A DNA stretch of 64,000 nucleotides, taken from positions 23,149 to 87,148 of the IMG/VR virus record IMGVR_UViG_3300032004_000001; one strand, written 5' to 3'. The position numbers and the translations under genes are program-made. Source of the DNA: a virus (taxonomy: Duplodnaviria > Caudoviricetes). Below, piece by piece: positions 1 through 9,636 of the stretch (its first letter is position 1; each line of letters opens with the position of its first letter). The notes under the pieces are model-generated. The model did no database searches and was not told the DNA's origin. It saw only the letters and a list, made by a program, of their open reading frames with translations.

Positions 1-394
1 GAAGAAGGTAATCGTCTACAACAAGGACCCCAAGGAACTCCCTACCTTCACCGAATTCAAGCTGCCGAGCAGCCAGGGACTGGGGCAGGCGCTGGACGCC
101 ATGACGCCGGAGAAGATGCACATGCTGCACATGGCCGTAGGCCTGGCCGGCGAAGCCGCTGAAATGCTGGAGCAGGTCATGTCTCACGTCCTCGGCGCCG
201 ATCTGGATGGCGAAAACGTCCGGGAAGAAGCCGGTGACGCGCTGTTCTACACCGTGGGCCTGCTGAATGGCATCCAGACCTCGCTGCACGAAACGGCGCT
301 GGCCAACAAGGTCAAGCTGAAGGGCAAGCGCTACAAGAACGGGTACAGCGACAAGGCTGCCCAGGAGCGCGCTGACAAACAACCCGGCCAGTAA
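1..394 (+). CDS. MazG-like NTP pyrophosphohydrolase, 5'-truncated, probably two tandem MazG-like domains
   Basis: LHMAVGLAGEAAEML...VREEAGDALFY...ANKVKL..RY...YSDKAAQERADK matches the phage MazG-like pattern. The frame is open to the window edge and reads KKVIVYNK upstream, which resembles the KK.vIYgK segment of a preceding domain. Confidence 0.8.
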   Translation, partial: KKVIVYNKDPKELPTFTEFKLPSSQGLGQALDAMTPEKMHMLHMAVGLAGEAAEMLEQVMSHVLGADLDGENVREEAGDALFYTVGLLNGIQTSLHETALANKVKLKGKRYKNGYSDKAAQERADKQPGQ

Positions 395-442
395 GTGATC
401 CGCTCCCGTCGAAAGGCGGGAGCTTTGCTCAAGGAGAAAGGC

Positions 443-739
443 ATGAACATCATCTTCTGTTCACCCGCGGCGACGGGCAAAACACACTTCAAGGAAGCGC
501 TGAAGAAGCACTTCAACTGTGACCGGGTGTTCGACGATGGAGAGCTGCTCGGGCAGCGCACACCTGGTCAGGAGGCTGTAAAGCGGTCGCTCATCCTGTG
601 CACCGATCCAGCACCCTGTGACGGTGAGCTGCTCACCCGTGAGCAAATGAATAAAGCCATGGTCGCCGTCGGCGGCATCCCGATCTGGAATGACGACGGA
701 TCGGTCAACCACTGCGGTAAACGGAAAGGACTGAACTAA
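443..739 (+). CDS. small P-loop-like protein (98 aa)
   Basis: RBS AAGGAG at 431-436, ATG at 443; IIFCSPAATGKT resembles Walker A; the stop overlaps the thyX start. Confidence 0.6.
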   Translation: MNIIFCSPAATGKTHFKEALKKHFNCDRVFDDGELLGQRTPGQEAVKRSLILCTDPAPCDGELLTREQMNKAMVAVGGIPIWNDDGSVNHCGKRKGLN

Positions 740-1428
740 TGCACGCGCTCTACGTAGATCATATGGGCAACGACCTGTCGGTAGTCAAGGCTGCCAAGGT
801 CAGTTTCGCCAACGACGTCGAGGTCTCAGCTTTCATCACGCGGCTCGACGCCGAGCTGCACGAGAAGGCCACCGGCCAGAAGGTCCGCTCCCACGAGGCG
901 CTGATCCAGTACCTGGCCAGCCACGACCACTGGACGCCGTTCGCTCACACTTCGATCACCCTGCGCATGGCGGCGCCGGTACCGATCCGCACCCAGTGCT
1001 TCAAGCACAAGGTCGGCTTCGTCGAGAACGAAGAGAGCCGCCGCTACATCAGCGACCGACCGGTGCTGTTCGTGCCGGAAGTCTTCCGCCAGGCACCGGA
1101 TGGCGACAAGGTCAAGCAGGGCAGCGCCGGCCCTCATTTGGCCAGTCAATACTGGAAAGACGTGTACATCCGAGACTGCGAATACATGATCAACCAGTAC
1201 ATGAAGGCGGTGGAGGACGGCGTAGCGCCTGAGCAAGCCAGGCTGTTCCTACCCCAGGGCGTCGAGGTGAACTGGTACTGGACCGGTAGCCTGTATGCGT
1301 ATGCCCAGGCTTGGATCAAACGTACCGACAGCCACGCCCAGGAAGAGATCCGCGACTTGTTCGAACCGGTCGGCGAAATCATGGGCAAGCTGTTCCCCTT
1401 CAGTTGGAAAGCACTTACGGCGGTGTGA
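739..1428 (+). CDS. thyX: FAD-dependent thymidylate synthase
   Basis: N-terminal MGNDLSVVKAAKVSF, HDHWTPFAH, FKHKVGFVENEESRRY (phage variant of RHRx7SxR), APEQARLFLPQG, HAQEEIR. Confidence 0.93.
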   Translation: MHALYVDHMGNDLSVVKAAKVSFANDVEVSAFITRLDAELHEKATGQKVRSHEALIQYLASHDHWTPFAHTSITLRMAAPVPIRTQCFKHKVGFVENEESRRYISDRPVLFVPEVFRQAPDGDKVKQGSAGPHLASQYWKDVYIRDCEYMINQYMKAVEDGVAPEQARLFLPQGVEVNWYWTGSLYAYAQAWIKRTDSHAQEEIRDLFEPVGEIMGKLFPFSWKALTAV

Positions 1429-1429
1429 T

Positions 1430-2020
1430 ATGTACGAAGAATTTTCAGAGCTGTGTGAACTGCCTGTGTCAATTGATCTGGAGACGGCCGGCCTGGCGCC
1501 GAACGCTCCTATCCTGTCCATCGGTGCCGTGCGTTTCAGGAAGGACGGCGTCCCGCTGCCTGGACCAGAGCATGAGTTCATCTGCACCCTCGACCTGAAA
1601 GGCCAGGCACCCATTGACCCTAGCACCTTCTACTGGTGGCTGCGACAGAGCCGTGAGGCCCAGGACGCTGTGATGGAAGGAGAGGGCGGGCTGAGCCTCG
1701 GCAATGCACTCCGCGCCCTGTGGCAGTGGCTTCAAGCTGGCAGCACGGTGGTCGGAAGTCAGTCGAACTTCACCGGTGAGATGTGGATTCGCGGAGACCG
1801 CGACAGCTGTTGGCTGGAAGAGGCTCACAAGCGAGAGGGGATCAAGCCCGCGTACAAGTTCGGCATGGTGCGTGATCAGCGCACGATGGTGGCCTTCGCC
1901 GAAGCCCGCGGGGTGATCATGCCGCACCGCAGCGGTGTCGCTCACGATGCACTCGAAGACGCCCGCTACCAAGCGCAGTGCCTGCAGGCGGTATTTCAAC
2001 GCTGGCCGGAGATCGGATAA
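1430..2020 (+). CDS. DEDDh 3'-5' exo(ribo)nuclease, Rv2179c-like
   Basis: SIDLET...ILSIGAV...TFYWWLRQS...VRDQRT...HDALEDARYQA; start set at ATG 1430 just after the thyX stop. Confidence 0.85.
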   Translation: MYEEFSELCELPVSIDLETAGLAPNAPILSIGAVRFRKDGVPLPGPEHEFICTLDLKGQAPIDPSTFYWWLRQSREAQDAVMEGEGGLSLGNALRALWQWLQAGSTVVGSQSNFTGEMWIRGDRDSCWLEEAHKREGIKPAYKFGMVRDQRTMVAFAEARGVIMPHRSGVAHDALEDARYQAQCLQAVFQRWPEIG

Positions 2021-2304
2021 TGAAAGCGATGCTCAAGTTTGGATTGAAAGTAGGGCACAACCACATCCGTATGCCTGGTGGGTTGTCCAGCGCAGCGGGT
2101 GGAGCGCAGATCGCCCATCAGCCCGGGCAGCAGGATCCGCTGCAGCTGTGGTGCCTGGTTGACGACTCCCACGAGGAGGTTGTCGAGCACATCTACGTCG
2201 CCTTGACCGGCGAAGCCCTGGACTACAACAAGACATACCACCTGATGGGCACGGTACTCCTCAACGGCGGGGGCTTCGTGGTCCACGCACTCTACGTTAA
2301 ATAG
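2020..2304 (+). CDS. hypothetical protein
   Basis: ATG overlaps the upstream TAA; phage-like codon usage. Confidence 0.75.
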   Translation: MKAMLKFGLKVGHNHIRMPGGLSSAAGGAQIAHQPGQQDPLQLWCLVDDSHEEVVEHIYVALTGEALDYNKTYHLMGTVLLNGGGFVVHALYVK

Positions 2305-2312
2305 GAGAAACC

Positions 2313-5300
2313 ATGACCGAACATCCACTTCAGATCATCGACTTCAGGGCGTGCGTCAAGCACGCCTATTACGGTGTCAGCGACAAGACGCTGCACTGTG
2401 CCAAGGTCGATCGCCGGTTTGCCGAATGGCAGGCCGGTGCAGCGGACTTTCTGACCCGCTACATCCGCCCCATGCTGGAACAAGGGGCTTCACCGCGTGA
2501 AATGTTGGTGGCACACGACGCCGGCCGGGCTTTCCGGACTGGCATCTACCCTGAGTACAAGGGGCAGAAGTCGAAGAAGGACGAGAACAAAAGCCCTATC
2601 GAGATGGAGCAGTACAAAGAGCTGATGCAGTGGGCCAAACGCTTCTTCGGAGCGCTCGGCGCCACGCAGATGTTCGTCGAAGGCGTGGAAGCGGATGACC
2701 TGATTGCCTGGATCTGCAAGATGGTCAAGGGCCCCAAGGACATCCGCACCGTGGACGAGGACATGCTGCAGCTGGTCGATGGCGACACCATCGTCACGCT
2801 GAAGAACGTCCCGCACTTCGGCGCCGACGGCGTCTACCCTGAAGGCCACGAACTGGAAGGCCTGCCTTACCGGCTGACCAGCTTCGCCAAGTCGATCATC
2901 GGTGACAGCTCGGACAACTACAAAGGCGTCAACGGAATGGGTCCGGCCAAGATCAAGGCGCTGGTCCAGGCCTTTGGCATCGACGGGCTGGACCAGCTGG
3001 TAGAAATTGTCGAATCCGGCAACACCGACCTGTTGGACGAAGCCATCGCCGAGACCGGGGATAAAAACCTGATCAAGTTGAAGGAGAACTTCGCTGACTG
3101 GAAGATGGGTTGGCGCTTGGCGTGCCTGCGGCCGGAGCTGTGCTGGAAGCCGCGGCTGAAGAAGCTGACCAAGCCGAAGATCCACAAGCGTGTACCGGAT
3201 CCGACCGCCCTGTTCGAATGCTTGAAGGAAGTCGGCTGCGAGGACATGTGGGAGTCGGAATACTGCCACCTGATGCCTGCGCCTATGCTGGTCGATTCGA
3301 CCAACTGGGAGGAGATCAAGCAGGACATCTTCGAGGAGATCAAGGCCGGCAATATCACCGCGTTCGACTATGAGTCCTCGGACAAGGACCCGATCGTGGA
3401 TTTCCGCCGCGCATCTGCAGCGGGTAGCAACTTCGTCGACATGCTCAGCCAGGAGCTGGCCGGGGCATCGTTCCAGTTCGGTCGCCACCTGGAGAACGTG
3501 ATCTACATCCCGGTCGACCACAAGGACTCGAACAACGTCGACAAGCTGGTCATCCTGGAGATGCTCGAGGTCGCAGCCAGTTGCACCCAGCTGGTCTGCC
3601 ACAACGCCTTGTTTGAAGGCGTGGTGACGCAGACCAACCTGGGCAAGTGGCTGACCCAGGTGCAGGACACCCGGATCATGCAGCGTTTCTACGACGAGAA
3701 CATGGAGGCAGGCCTCAAGGCGATCTCCCTGAACTACCTCTCGTATGAGCAGACCTCGTTCCACGACACCCTGGCAGCCGGTAACGACGGCCAGGGCGTG
3801 GACATGATGTGCCAACTGACCGCCGACGAGACCTTCACCTACGGCACCGACGACAGCCTGGTAACGGGCCACCTGCACGACCTGCTGAAGCTGATGCTCA
3901 AGCTGGACGGGCAGTGGGACTTCTACCAGCGCTGGGCAGTGCGGCCGACCGAAGTGCTGCAGCGCTCCTACGTGGCCGGGGCGAACATGAACTGGGCCCT
4001 GCAGAAGCGACTGCACGCCAAGGACCTCAAGACCATTGAGGAGGGGATGATCGAGCTTCGCGAGATCCTCGAGAAGAACGTCACCGGCAACGTCACCCCA
4101 GGCTGCAAGTCGCTGATCGAAGCGGAGAAGGACTACATCTTCCGATCCGCCAAGAAGAAGGCTGAGGGCAACGCGGAAGCAGCCAACCTCAAGGTCTCCG
4201 AATGGCGCAAGAAGCTGGAAGCGTCCTGCCAGTACGTGCCGTATCGCGAAGAGTCGGTTATGCCGAAGTTCGCTTTCACCGTGATTCAGATGGCCCCGGC
4301 ACTGGAAGCTGTGAAGCTCCCGCCGCTGGAAAAGCTGACACAGAAGGCGATCAACGAGTGGTACGCCGAGGCTGGTGTGGCCGGGTTCGAAGACGAGTGG
4401 GAAATCACCGACGACCAGCGCACCGTGGTAACCGCGCTGGCTGCCGCCGTCAAGGCTGGCTGCCTGAAGATGGGCGACCTGCGCAAGGCGGCGGAAGAGT
4501 CGGAGTCCGCTGAGGACGTGGACCAGCATCGACTGGAAGCGGCTGAGGCAGCGCTAGAAGCGCTCGGCAAGGTCATCCAGCACTATGCCGGCGTCAAGCC
4601 GAGCATCGTGTCCTACGGTGACCCGCTGAACGTTGGTAGCCCGGCGCAGATGCAGCAACTGCTGTACTGCAAGATCGGCGTTCCAATGCGGCTGCGCGGC
4701 AAGCAGGCGGGCAAGGGACGGCTGTCTATCGGCATCAAGGATGCAGGCCCGTCAACCGACGAGCAGGCGATCCTGACGGCCCTGGCCAACGACGTGACCG
4801 AAGAGTGGCAGCGTGAAGCGCTGCAGGCTCTGCGCCGCGTCAAGACCGCCAGCACCCGGTGCAGCCTGTTCCACGACAAGTACCCGATGTGGCGCCACCG
4901 GGACGGCAGGGTCCATCCGTCGATCACCGACTACGGTACCGACACCGGCCGGCCAACTGGCAGCGCGCCGAACATCCTGCAGGTTCCGAAGAAAGGCGAA
5001 GGCAAAGCCATGCGCTCGATCTACATCCCGCCGAATCGTGACTACCTCTGCGTAGCCATCGACTTCAACGGGCAGGAGATCCGGCTGATGGCCAACCTGG
5101 CCCAGGACCCTGTGATGTTGTCGGTCTACGAGCCAGGCAACGAGAAAGACCTGCACAGCATGACTGGCTCCGGCATTGCCAAGATGGACTACATGGAGTT
5201 CTGCCTGGCCAAGGACAACAAGGACCACAAGCTGCACAAGCTGGCGGTGGCGATACGCGGCAAGGCCAAAACCATCAACTTCGGTATGGCCTACGGCGCG

Positions 5301-5966
5301 GGGCCTGGCACGCTGTCTCGCAACCTCATTGCTCCACTGGAGGAAGCCAAGCAGTTGCTCGAGCAAACCATGGCGCTCTACTGGCGGATCCGTCCGTGGC
5401 AGCAAGAGACCGCGGAGTTCATGAACAAGAACGGCTTCACGCTGACGGCCTTCGGCACCAAGCGCCACGCCACGCAGGACTTGTTCAGCACCGACAACGG
5501 CAAGGTTGCTCGGCAGCACCGTCAAGGCACCAACGCCACCATCCAGGGCTCAGCAGCAGACATGCTGCGCATCGTGCTAACCAGGGTGGCCGAGAGCGGC
5601 ATGATGGACCGGCTGCGCATGCAGTTCTTCGCACCGATCTACGACGAGGTGGTGTCGTGGGTGCACAAGGACGACGTGTACGACTACTGCGTGGAGATGG
5701 GCCGCTACATGGAGGAATCGACGCCTCCTGGGCACATTGTTCGCCAAGTACCGGAGTATTCCATCGGCTGCGATTGGGGTAGAGTGCAGGAACTGGGCCG
5801 CGACATCAGCCCGGAGAACGTCGCCAAGTTCGTCGCCGAGGCACTGGAAGAGGGCGTCGACATTTGGGAGAAGGATCTGCTGGAGCCGTTCGATCCTATC
5901 CGCAAAGCGACCTACATCGAGCAGGATGAAGACGAGGAGGTCGTGGTTGAAAACATCGCCGACTAA
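2313..5966 (+). CDS. polA: family A DNA polymerase with N-terminal 5'-3' (flap) nuclease and 3'-5' exonuclease
   Basis: 5' nuclease motifs EADD, TVDEDMLQL, GDSSDNYKGVNGMG; Exo I FDYES, Exo II CHNALFE, Exo III YGTDD; TGRPTGSAPNILQVP; motif A DFNGQEIR; motif B KTINFGMAYG; motif C IYDE. Confidence 0.95.
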   Translation: MTEHPLQIIDFRACVKHAYYGVSDKTLHCAKVDRRFAEWQAGAADFLTRYIRPMLEQGASPREMLVAHDAGRAFRTGIYPEYKGQKSKKDENKSPIEMEQYKELMQWAKRFFGALGATQMFVEGVEADDLIAWICKMVKGPKDIRTVDEDMLQLVDGDTIVTLKNVPHFGADGVYPEGHELEGLPYRLTSFAKSIIGDSSDNYKGVNGMGPAKIKALVQAFGIDGLDQLVEIVESGNTDLLDEAIAETGDKNLIKLKENFADWKMGWRLACLRPELCWKPRLKKLTKPKIHKRVPDPTALFECLKEVGCEDMWESEYCHLMPAPMLVDSTNWEEIKQDIFEEIKAGNITAFDYESSDKDPIVDFRRASAAGSNFVDMLSQELAGASFQFGRHLENVIYIPVDHKDSNNVDKLVILEMLEVAASCTQLVCHNALFEGVVTQTNLGKWLTQVQDTRIMQRFYDENMEAGLKAISLNYLSYEQTSFHDTLAAGNDGQGVDMMCQLTADETFTYGTDDSLVTGHLHDLLKLMLKLDGQWDFYQRWAVRPTEVLQRSYVAGANMNWALQKRLHAKDLKTIEEGMIELREILEKNVTGNVTPGCKSLIEAEKDYIFRSAKKKAEGNAEAANLKVSEWRKKLEASCQYVPYREESVMPKFAFTVIQMAPALEAVKLPPLEKLTQKAINEWYAEAGVAGFEDEWEITDDQRTVVTALAAAVKAGCLKMGDLRKAAEESESAEDVDQHRLEAAEAALEALGKVIQHYAGVKPSIVSYGDPLNVGSPAQMQQLLYCKIGVPMRLRGKQAGKGRLSIGIKDAGPSTDEQAILTALANDVTEEWQREALQALRRVKTASTRCSLFHDKYPMWRHRDGRVHPSITDYGTDTGRPTGSAPNILQVPKKGEGKAMRSIYIPPNRDYLCVAIDFNGQEIRLMANLAQDPVMLSVYEPGNEKDLHSMTGSGIAKMDYMEFCLAKDNKDHKLHKLAVAIRGKAKTINFGMAYGAGPGTLSRNLIAPLEEAKQLLEQTMALYWRIRPWQQETAEFMNKNGFTLTAFGTKRHATQDLFSTDNGKVARQHRQGTNATIQGSAADMLRIVLTRVAESGMMDRLRMQFFAPIYDEVVSWVHKDDVYDYCVEMGRYMEESTPPGHIVRQVPEYSIGCDWGRVQELGRDISPENVAKFVAEALEEGVDIWEKDLLEPFDPIRKATYIEQDEDEEVVVENIAD

Positions 5967-6294
5967 AAGTTGGTGGGACTCGTTCAAGGAGGCGGTTGGC
6001 CGCCTCCCTGACGGACCAATCAACCACACGCCGCGGGGTACGCCCATTCCGGTGGGCGGTTCCCTTCCCGACGGCAGGGAGATCGATATCGATCAGCTCC
6101 TCGCCGACAACACCCGCCTGCTGATGGAAAATCAGCGCCTGCGACAAACCATCACCGACACCGTGGAGCTTCGTCTGCAGCTGGCCAACGCCAAGCTCAG
6201 CGAAGCCGCGCTGGCCCGCCGCATCGAAGTTTTCCGCAAGACCTGGCCGGACATCCACAAGAAATTTTTCTCAACAGAAAGGAAGACGACATGA
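5947..6294 (+). CDS. hypothetical coiled-coil protein
   Basis: TTG start after GAGGAGG (5934-5940); heptad-like C-terminal half; ATGA overlap with the next gene. Confidence 0.6.
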   Translation: MKTSPTKSWWDSFKEAVGRLPDGPINHTPRGTPIPVGGSLPDGREIDIDQLLADNTRLLMENQRLRQTITDTVELRLQLANAKLSEAALARRIEVFRKTWPDIHKKFFSTERKTT

Positions 6295-7037
6295 GCTTTA
6301 ACGGACAGAGCATCAAGGCACTGGCTCACGACTACGAGACCACGGGGGTTGACGCTGGCAGTTGCGGCGTCCTGCAGTCGGCCCTGTGGATCGTCACGCT
6401 GCACCAGGACGGCAGCTACGAGGTCCACGATCAGGACCTCATGCTGCTGAACCCTGGTTGCGAGATTCACCCGGAAGCTTCGAAGGTTCATGGCTACTAC
6501 GCCCACGACCTGATCGACGAGAAGCCGTGGGAAGCCTACCTGACCGAGCAGATGCAGACGGTCAACGAGATGAACCTGGACGCGGTGATCGGCTACAACA
6601 GCGGCTCCTTCGACAACCGCATCGCTTCCCGGGTGGGCTTCCGCGCGCCGAAGTCGATCGACTTGATGAAGGCAGCGCGCAAGCTGAAGACCGAGCACAA
6701 GTGGCCCAGCGCCAAACTGGTTCACTTCTACGAGCACTTGATGGGCGAGGCCATGAACGGCGCCCACGACGCGTCGGTGGACGTGGACGCCACCCTAAAG
6801 TGCATCAAGCCGCTGTTCGGCTGGGCCAAGGTCGACAGCGTCGACGAGCTGATGGTCTGGATGAAGGGCGACGACGGCACCCTGGAGATGAAGATCGGCT
6901 TCGGCCAGCACAAAGGCAGCAAGGTGAAGAACCTGCCGCTGGATTACTGCAAGTGGCTGCTCAGTGACAAGTGCGAATTCCCGTACTCGACCGAGCTGCG
7001 TGAAGCGCTGACCCTGCGCAAGGCAGCGGGCCTGTGA
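6291..7037 (+). CDS. DEDDh 3'-5' exonuclease, ExoX/DnaQ-like, with a C-terminal FG.HKG domain
   Basis: HDYETTG, GYNSGSFD, AHDASVDV; C-terminal IGFGQHKGSKVKNLPLDYCKWLL as in ExoX. Confidence 0.88.
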   Translation: MSFNGQSIKALAHDYETTGVDAGSCGVLQSALWIVTLHQDGSYEVHDQDLMLLNPGCEIHPEASKVHGYYAHDLIDEKPWEAYLTEQMQTVNEMNLDAVIGYNSGSFDNRIASRVGFRAPKSIDLMKAARKLKTEHKWPSAKLVHFYEHLMGEAMNGAHDASVDVDATLKCIKPLFGWAKVDSVDELMVWMKGDDGTLEMKIGFGQHKGSKVKNLPLDYCKWLLSDKCEFPYSTELREALTLRKAAGL

Positions 7038-7660
7038 GGCTGCTGGGCGTGACCGGGCTGGCCAGGTCCGGTAAAGATCACGCAGCCAACTACTTGGCCA
7101 AGCACATGAACCTACACAAGTACGCCTTCGCGGAGCCGCTGAAGACCATGCTGAAATCGGTCTTCGGCGACCACTTCCACGAAGGCGATCGTTCCGGGAT
7201 CTGCCCTGAAACCGGAAAGTCGTACCGGGAGATGATGCAGACCCTCGGGACCGAGTGGGGCCGGCAGCTGATGGACGAGAACGTGTGGGTCAACCTGGTG
7301 AACCGGCGGTGGGGGGAAGTCGAAGCCGGCTGCCATCTGGTCAACGAGTACAAGGACTACAAAGGTCACCACGCCAAGCTGGCTGAGGGGATGATCCTCA
7401 GCGACGTGCGCTTCGATTCTGAGGCTCAGTGGATCCGGGACCACGGCGGGGTAATCCTGGAGGTCGTCAGGCCGGTACATCACACGGTAACGGAAAATAT
7501 TAAAAAGCAGCTGGGTATGACGGTGGGGATCCCTGGCCACCAGAGTGAGAAGGGAATCAGCCGAGCAGGTATAACCCATACGCTACTCAACGACGGGACG
7601 TTGGTCGACTTCGACATCAAGTTGATGGGATTGGTGGACGAGCTGCTGGGGCGTGACTGA
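7034..7660 (+). CDS. deoxynucleoside monophosphate kinase
   Basis: GVTGLARSGKD P-loop, FAEPLK, REMMQTLGTEWGR, SDVRFDSEA, HQSE. Confidence 0.93.
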   Translation: MRLLGVTGLARSGKDHAANYLAKHMNLHKYAFAEPLKTMLKSVFGDHFHEGDRSGICPETGKSYREMMQTLGTEWGRQLMDENVWVNLVNRRWGEVEAGCHLVNEYKDYKGHHAKLAEGMILSDVRFDSEAQWIRDHGGVILEVVRPVHHTVTENIKKQLGMTVGIPGHQSEKGISRAGITHTLLNDGTLVDFDIKLMGLVDELLGRD

Positions 7661-8181
7661 TGGCAGCCAGCATAGGCGGGGTGTTTGAAAAGGAGATGGT
7701 CATCGTCATGCGCATGCTGTTCGAGCAGCGCCTGGTGAGCTTCCACCGTCTCTCCGATACCGCTGCAGCTGGTTCCATGGTCGCCGCCCAGCCCAGCGAC
7801 TACCTGCTAGGCCTTCCTGCAGCGTGTCAAAACCTGCAGGAGGGGCAGCGGCTGTGCTTCCTCGAGGTGAAAGCCAGCGAGGAGCACAGCTCAATGCCCA
7901 AGGCCGCGGTCAGGGCTTCGCAGCGCGGGGCCATCGGCCGGTTCCGATTCCTCCTGGGGATTCCCTATTACATCCTGTTTTGGGATGCCAAGAACGGGGT
8001 CATCCAGCTGTGGGACGGCCTGGCTGTGCACGACACGGACCGGATCGACAAGAAGTTCCTGCTGGCCACCTGGCCTGACGTCGGCGTGATCAACAAGCTG
8101 CGAAGGCAGCGGGTTGTAGATTTTCTCGTCGACTACTTTCGCATCCCCTCACACGGGGATACACTGAACAAATCCCGCTAG
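7660..8181 (+). CDS. PD-(D/E)XK nuclease, putative Holliday junction resolvase
   Basis: GGVFE...QPSDY...FLEVKAS spacing resembles RecU/D14-type resolvases; replication context. Confidence 0.6.
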   Translation: MAASIGGVFEKEMVIVMRMLFEQRLVSFHRLSDTAAAGSMVAAQPSDYLLGLPAACQNLQEGQRLCFLEVKASEEHSSMPKAAVRASQRGAIGRFRFLLGIPYYILFWDAKNGVIQLWDGLAVHDTDRIDKKFLLATWPDVGVINKLRRQRVVDFLVDYFRIPSHGDTLNKSR

Positions 8182-8193
8182 TTAGCGGGATTT
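8170..8193. promoter_or_regulatory. palindromic motif copy (AAATCCCGCTAGTTAGCGGGATTT)
   Basis: 11-bp inverted arms around GT, overlapping the upstream stop, 25 bp before the ligase ATG; one of about 12 copies. Confidence 0.65.
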
Positions 8194-8217
8194 CTAATCA
8201 TTTGGGGTGAATGGACT

Positions 8218-9354
8218 ATGCAAGTTTTGTCAGAAAAGACGCTGTACAAGAATCACGGCAAGGCGATTGGGTGGTGGAAGATCGAGGCAGTGCAGCTGAA
8301 CGAAACAGCCGCCGGCCTGCGGATCACCTACGCCAAAACCATGGACGGCAAGGTTACCGAGAAGTCCTCCTCGATCCAGGCCAAGAACATCGGCCGGGCC
8401 AATGAGACCAAACCGAACGAGCAGGCGATCGCTGAAGCCCAGTCCCGCGTCAACGAACAGATCCGCCTGGGCTACGTCGAGACCCTGGAAGAAGCCGCAG
8501 CGCCTAAGACCAACGGCCTGGGCAAGAAACTGCCGATGCTCGCCGAGCCGCTGAAGAAGGTCAAGGAAAGCGACATCGACTGGGACAACGCTTTTGTACA
8601 GCGTAAGTTCGACGGTCACCGCTGCCTGCATGAAGAGTTCATTTACAGCCGCGGCGGCGTGGCGCACAACGTCCAGCACATCCTGGACTTGATCAAGAGC
8701 GAGCCCAACCTTGACGCCTTGCACCTGGACGGCGAGCTGTACATTCACGGCATGAGCCTGCAGGCCATCGGCAGCCTGATCACCAAGCCGCGCCCTGAAT
8801 CACTGGATCTGGAATACCACATCTACGACACGGTCAGCGACAAGCCGTTCCAGGAGCGGTACCAGGACCTATTCGACGCCACCGGCGGACTGTCAGTTGG
8901 GGACAAAATCCACATTGCTGAAACCCACCGCGTCCGCAGCATGGCCGAAGCCATGGTGTGGCACCGCAAGTGGGTCGCCGAAGGCTACGAGGGCAGCATC
9001 CTGCGCTGGGGCCGTGGCGGTTACGAGGACGGCAAGCGGACCAAGCGCTTGGTTAAGCTGAAGGACTTCAGCGACTTTGAAGTGAAGGTAGTGGGCTGGG
9101 AGCTGGCCGAGCAGCAGGTGGTCAAGGGCGTCACCTACCAGGTGCCTAAATTCGTCTACGAGGTGAGCACTCCCACCGGCATCAAGACCGCCAAGGTCAC
9201 GGCGCACGGATCGGTACCGGAGAAGCATGCTGAGTGGGAAGCGCTGGAAGCCGGGCTGAACATGGGCCGCATGCTGACCCTGTCGCACTTCGGCTTCACG
9301 CCCGACGGCATCCCCAACATTGCTACAGCCAAGTGCTGGTACGAGGCCCTGTGA
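8218..9354 (+). CDS. ATP-dependent DNA ligase with N-terminal WGR-like domain
   Basis: Motif I QRKFDGHRC, III LDGELY, IIIa YHIYD, IV EGSILR, V LVKLKD. Confidence 0.93.
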   Translation: MQVLSEKTLYKNHGKAIGWWKIEAVQLNETAAGLRITYAKTMDGKVTEKSSSIQAKNIGRANETKPNEQAIAEAQSRVNEQIRLGYVETLEEAAAPKTNGLGKKLPMLAEPLKKVKESDIDWDNAFVQRKFDGHRCLHEEFIYSRGGVAHNVQHILDLIKSEPNLDALHLDGELYIHGMSLQAIGSLITKPRPESLDLEYHIYDTVSDKPFQERYQDLFDATGGLSVGDKIHIAETHRVRSMAEAMVWHRKWVAEGYEGSILRWGRGGYEDGKRTKRLVKLKDFSDFEVKVVGWELAEQQVVKGVTYQVPKFVYEVSTPTGIKTAKVTAHGSVPEKHAEWEALEAGLNMGRMLTLSHFGFTPDGIPNIATAKCWYEAL

Positions 9355-9473
9355 TGAAAGACATCTTCAAGTGGGAAACCATAGGCATCAGCCTTCCCGT
9401 AGGGGTGATTTTGTCCTTCGAAATCAGCGACCACCTGAAGATGCTGGTGGAATATGCCAAGACGCTGTTCTGA
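9354..9473 (+). CDS. hypothetical 39-aa protein
   Basis: ATG overlaps the ligase TGA; weak support otherwise. Confidence 0.4.
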   Translation: MKDIFKWETIGISLPVGVILSFEISDHLKMLVEYAKTLF

Positions 9474-9519
9474 TCTACCTGGGGCAGCCCGCTGCCCCAT
9501 CATTGAAATGGATGGACCC

Positions 9520-9636
9520 ATGCCAAACGAAATCAAGAAGAAACTCGCCCTGTTCATTCTGGAGGGGTTGATCGTGCTGTCAGCGATCCCCGTCCTCTCC
9601 TACCTCTACCATTTTGCGAAAGGCTGCATGCCATGA
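9520..9636 (+). CDS. small single-pass membrane protein
   Basis: KKK followed by hydrophobic LALFILEGLIVLSAIPVLSYLY; ATGA overlap with sbcD. Confidence 0.55.
   Translation: MPNEIKKKLALFILEGLIVLSAIPVLSYLYHFAKGCMP

Noticed and set aside
9480-9499. Perfect hairpin TGGGGCAGC-CC-GCTGCCCCA as a terminator
   Set aside because: No U-tract on either strand; function unclear.
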